Shown piece after piece: positions 56,324 through 56,451 of a stretch of 56,451 nucleotides of DNA. Origin of the DNA: a virus (taxonomy: Duplodnaviria > Caudoviricetes); the IMG/VR virus record IMGVR_UViG_3300005663_000052, positions 1 through 56,451 of that record, one strand, 5' to 3'. The translations under genes and the position numbers were made by a program. The first letter of the stretch is position 1. Each line of letters begins with the position of its first letter. The notes beneath the pieces were generated by a model. That model ran no database searches. It saw nothing but the letters and a program-made list of their open reading frames with translations, and was not told where the DNA came from.

Positions 56324-56451
56324 CGCGGAAGCGCCGACGGGTCTGACCACCGGGATGGCGACGGCGATCACGTTGCTGCTCTTCCTTGGTGCCGTCGGCA
56401 AGTCGGCACAGATCCCGCTGTACGTGTGGCTCCCAGACGCCATGGAGGGCC
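56310..56451 (+). other. nuoL: Fragment of NADH-quinone oxidoreductase subunit L (non-phage)
   Basis: Translates [47 protein letters not shown], the NuoL/ND5 signature. Confidence 0.9.

Noticed and set aside
56324-56443. N-terminal 40 aa of ORF 55412-56443
   Set aside because: It is the antisense of the nuoL fragment.

Overview
Near-complete (~56 kb) temperate tailed-phage genome. It has a siphovirus-like tail (tube, frameshifted chaperones, tape measure, no sheath) and is encoded almost entirely on the minus strand. Host-derived genes (DUF1559 prepilin-type protein, the 'YHKWLGIPP' domain) point to a Planctomycetota host. Modules read along the minus strand: tail-tip genes; a nonulosonic (sialic-like) acid cluster (NeuA, NeuB, methyltransferase, pyruvyltransferase, Maf/sialyltransferase-like); integrase; protease/thioredoxin/lipoprotein; tRNA-Met; CsrA; recombination genes (exonuclease, Sak4-like ATPase, SSB-like, ERCC4); symporter/DUF1559/sialidase; primase-helicase; a mosaic of small genes; a second recombinase; terminase, portal, capsid and tail. 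The standout is 38987-41361: two non-coding arrays of about 197 GG(C/T/A)-NN pentamers with variable NN, divided into units by 4-nt GGCA-type breaks. They flank a RAMP/Cas7-like gene and a partner gene, which makes this a candidate RNA-guided system with a non-contiguous dinucleotide code. Also notable are three inverted-repeat-bounded in-frame insertions in the sialidase, two related tRNA-like RNAs, boundary duplications marking gene capture, and a nuoL fragment fused at the right end (probable chimera). All family calls come from motif recognition by eye; no database search was run.
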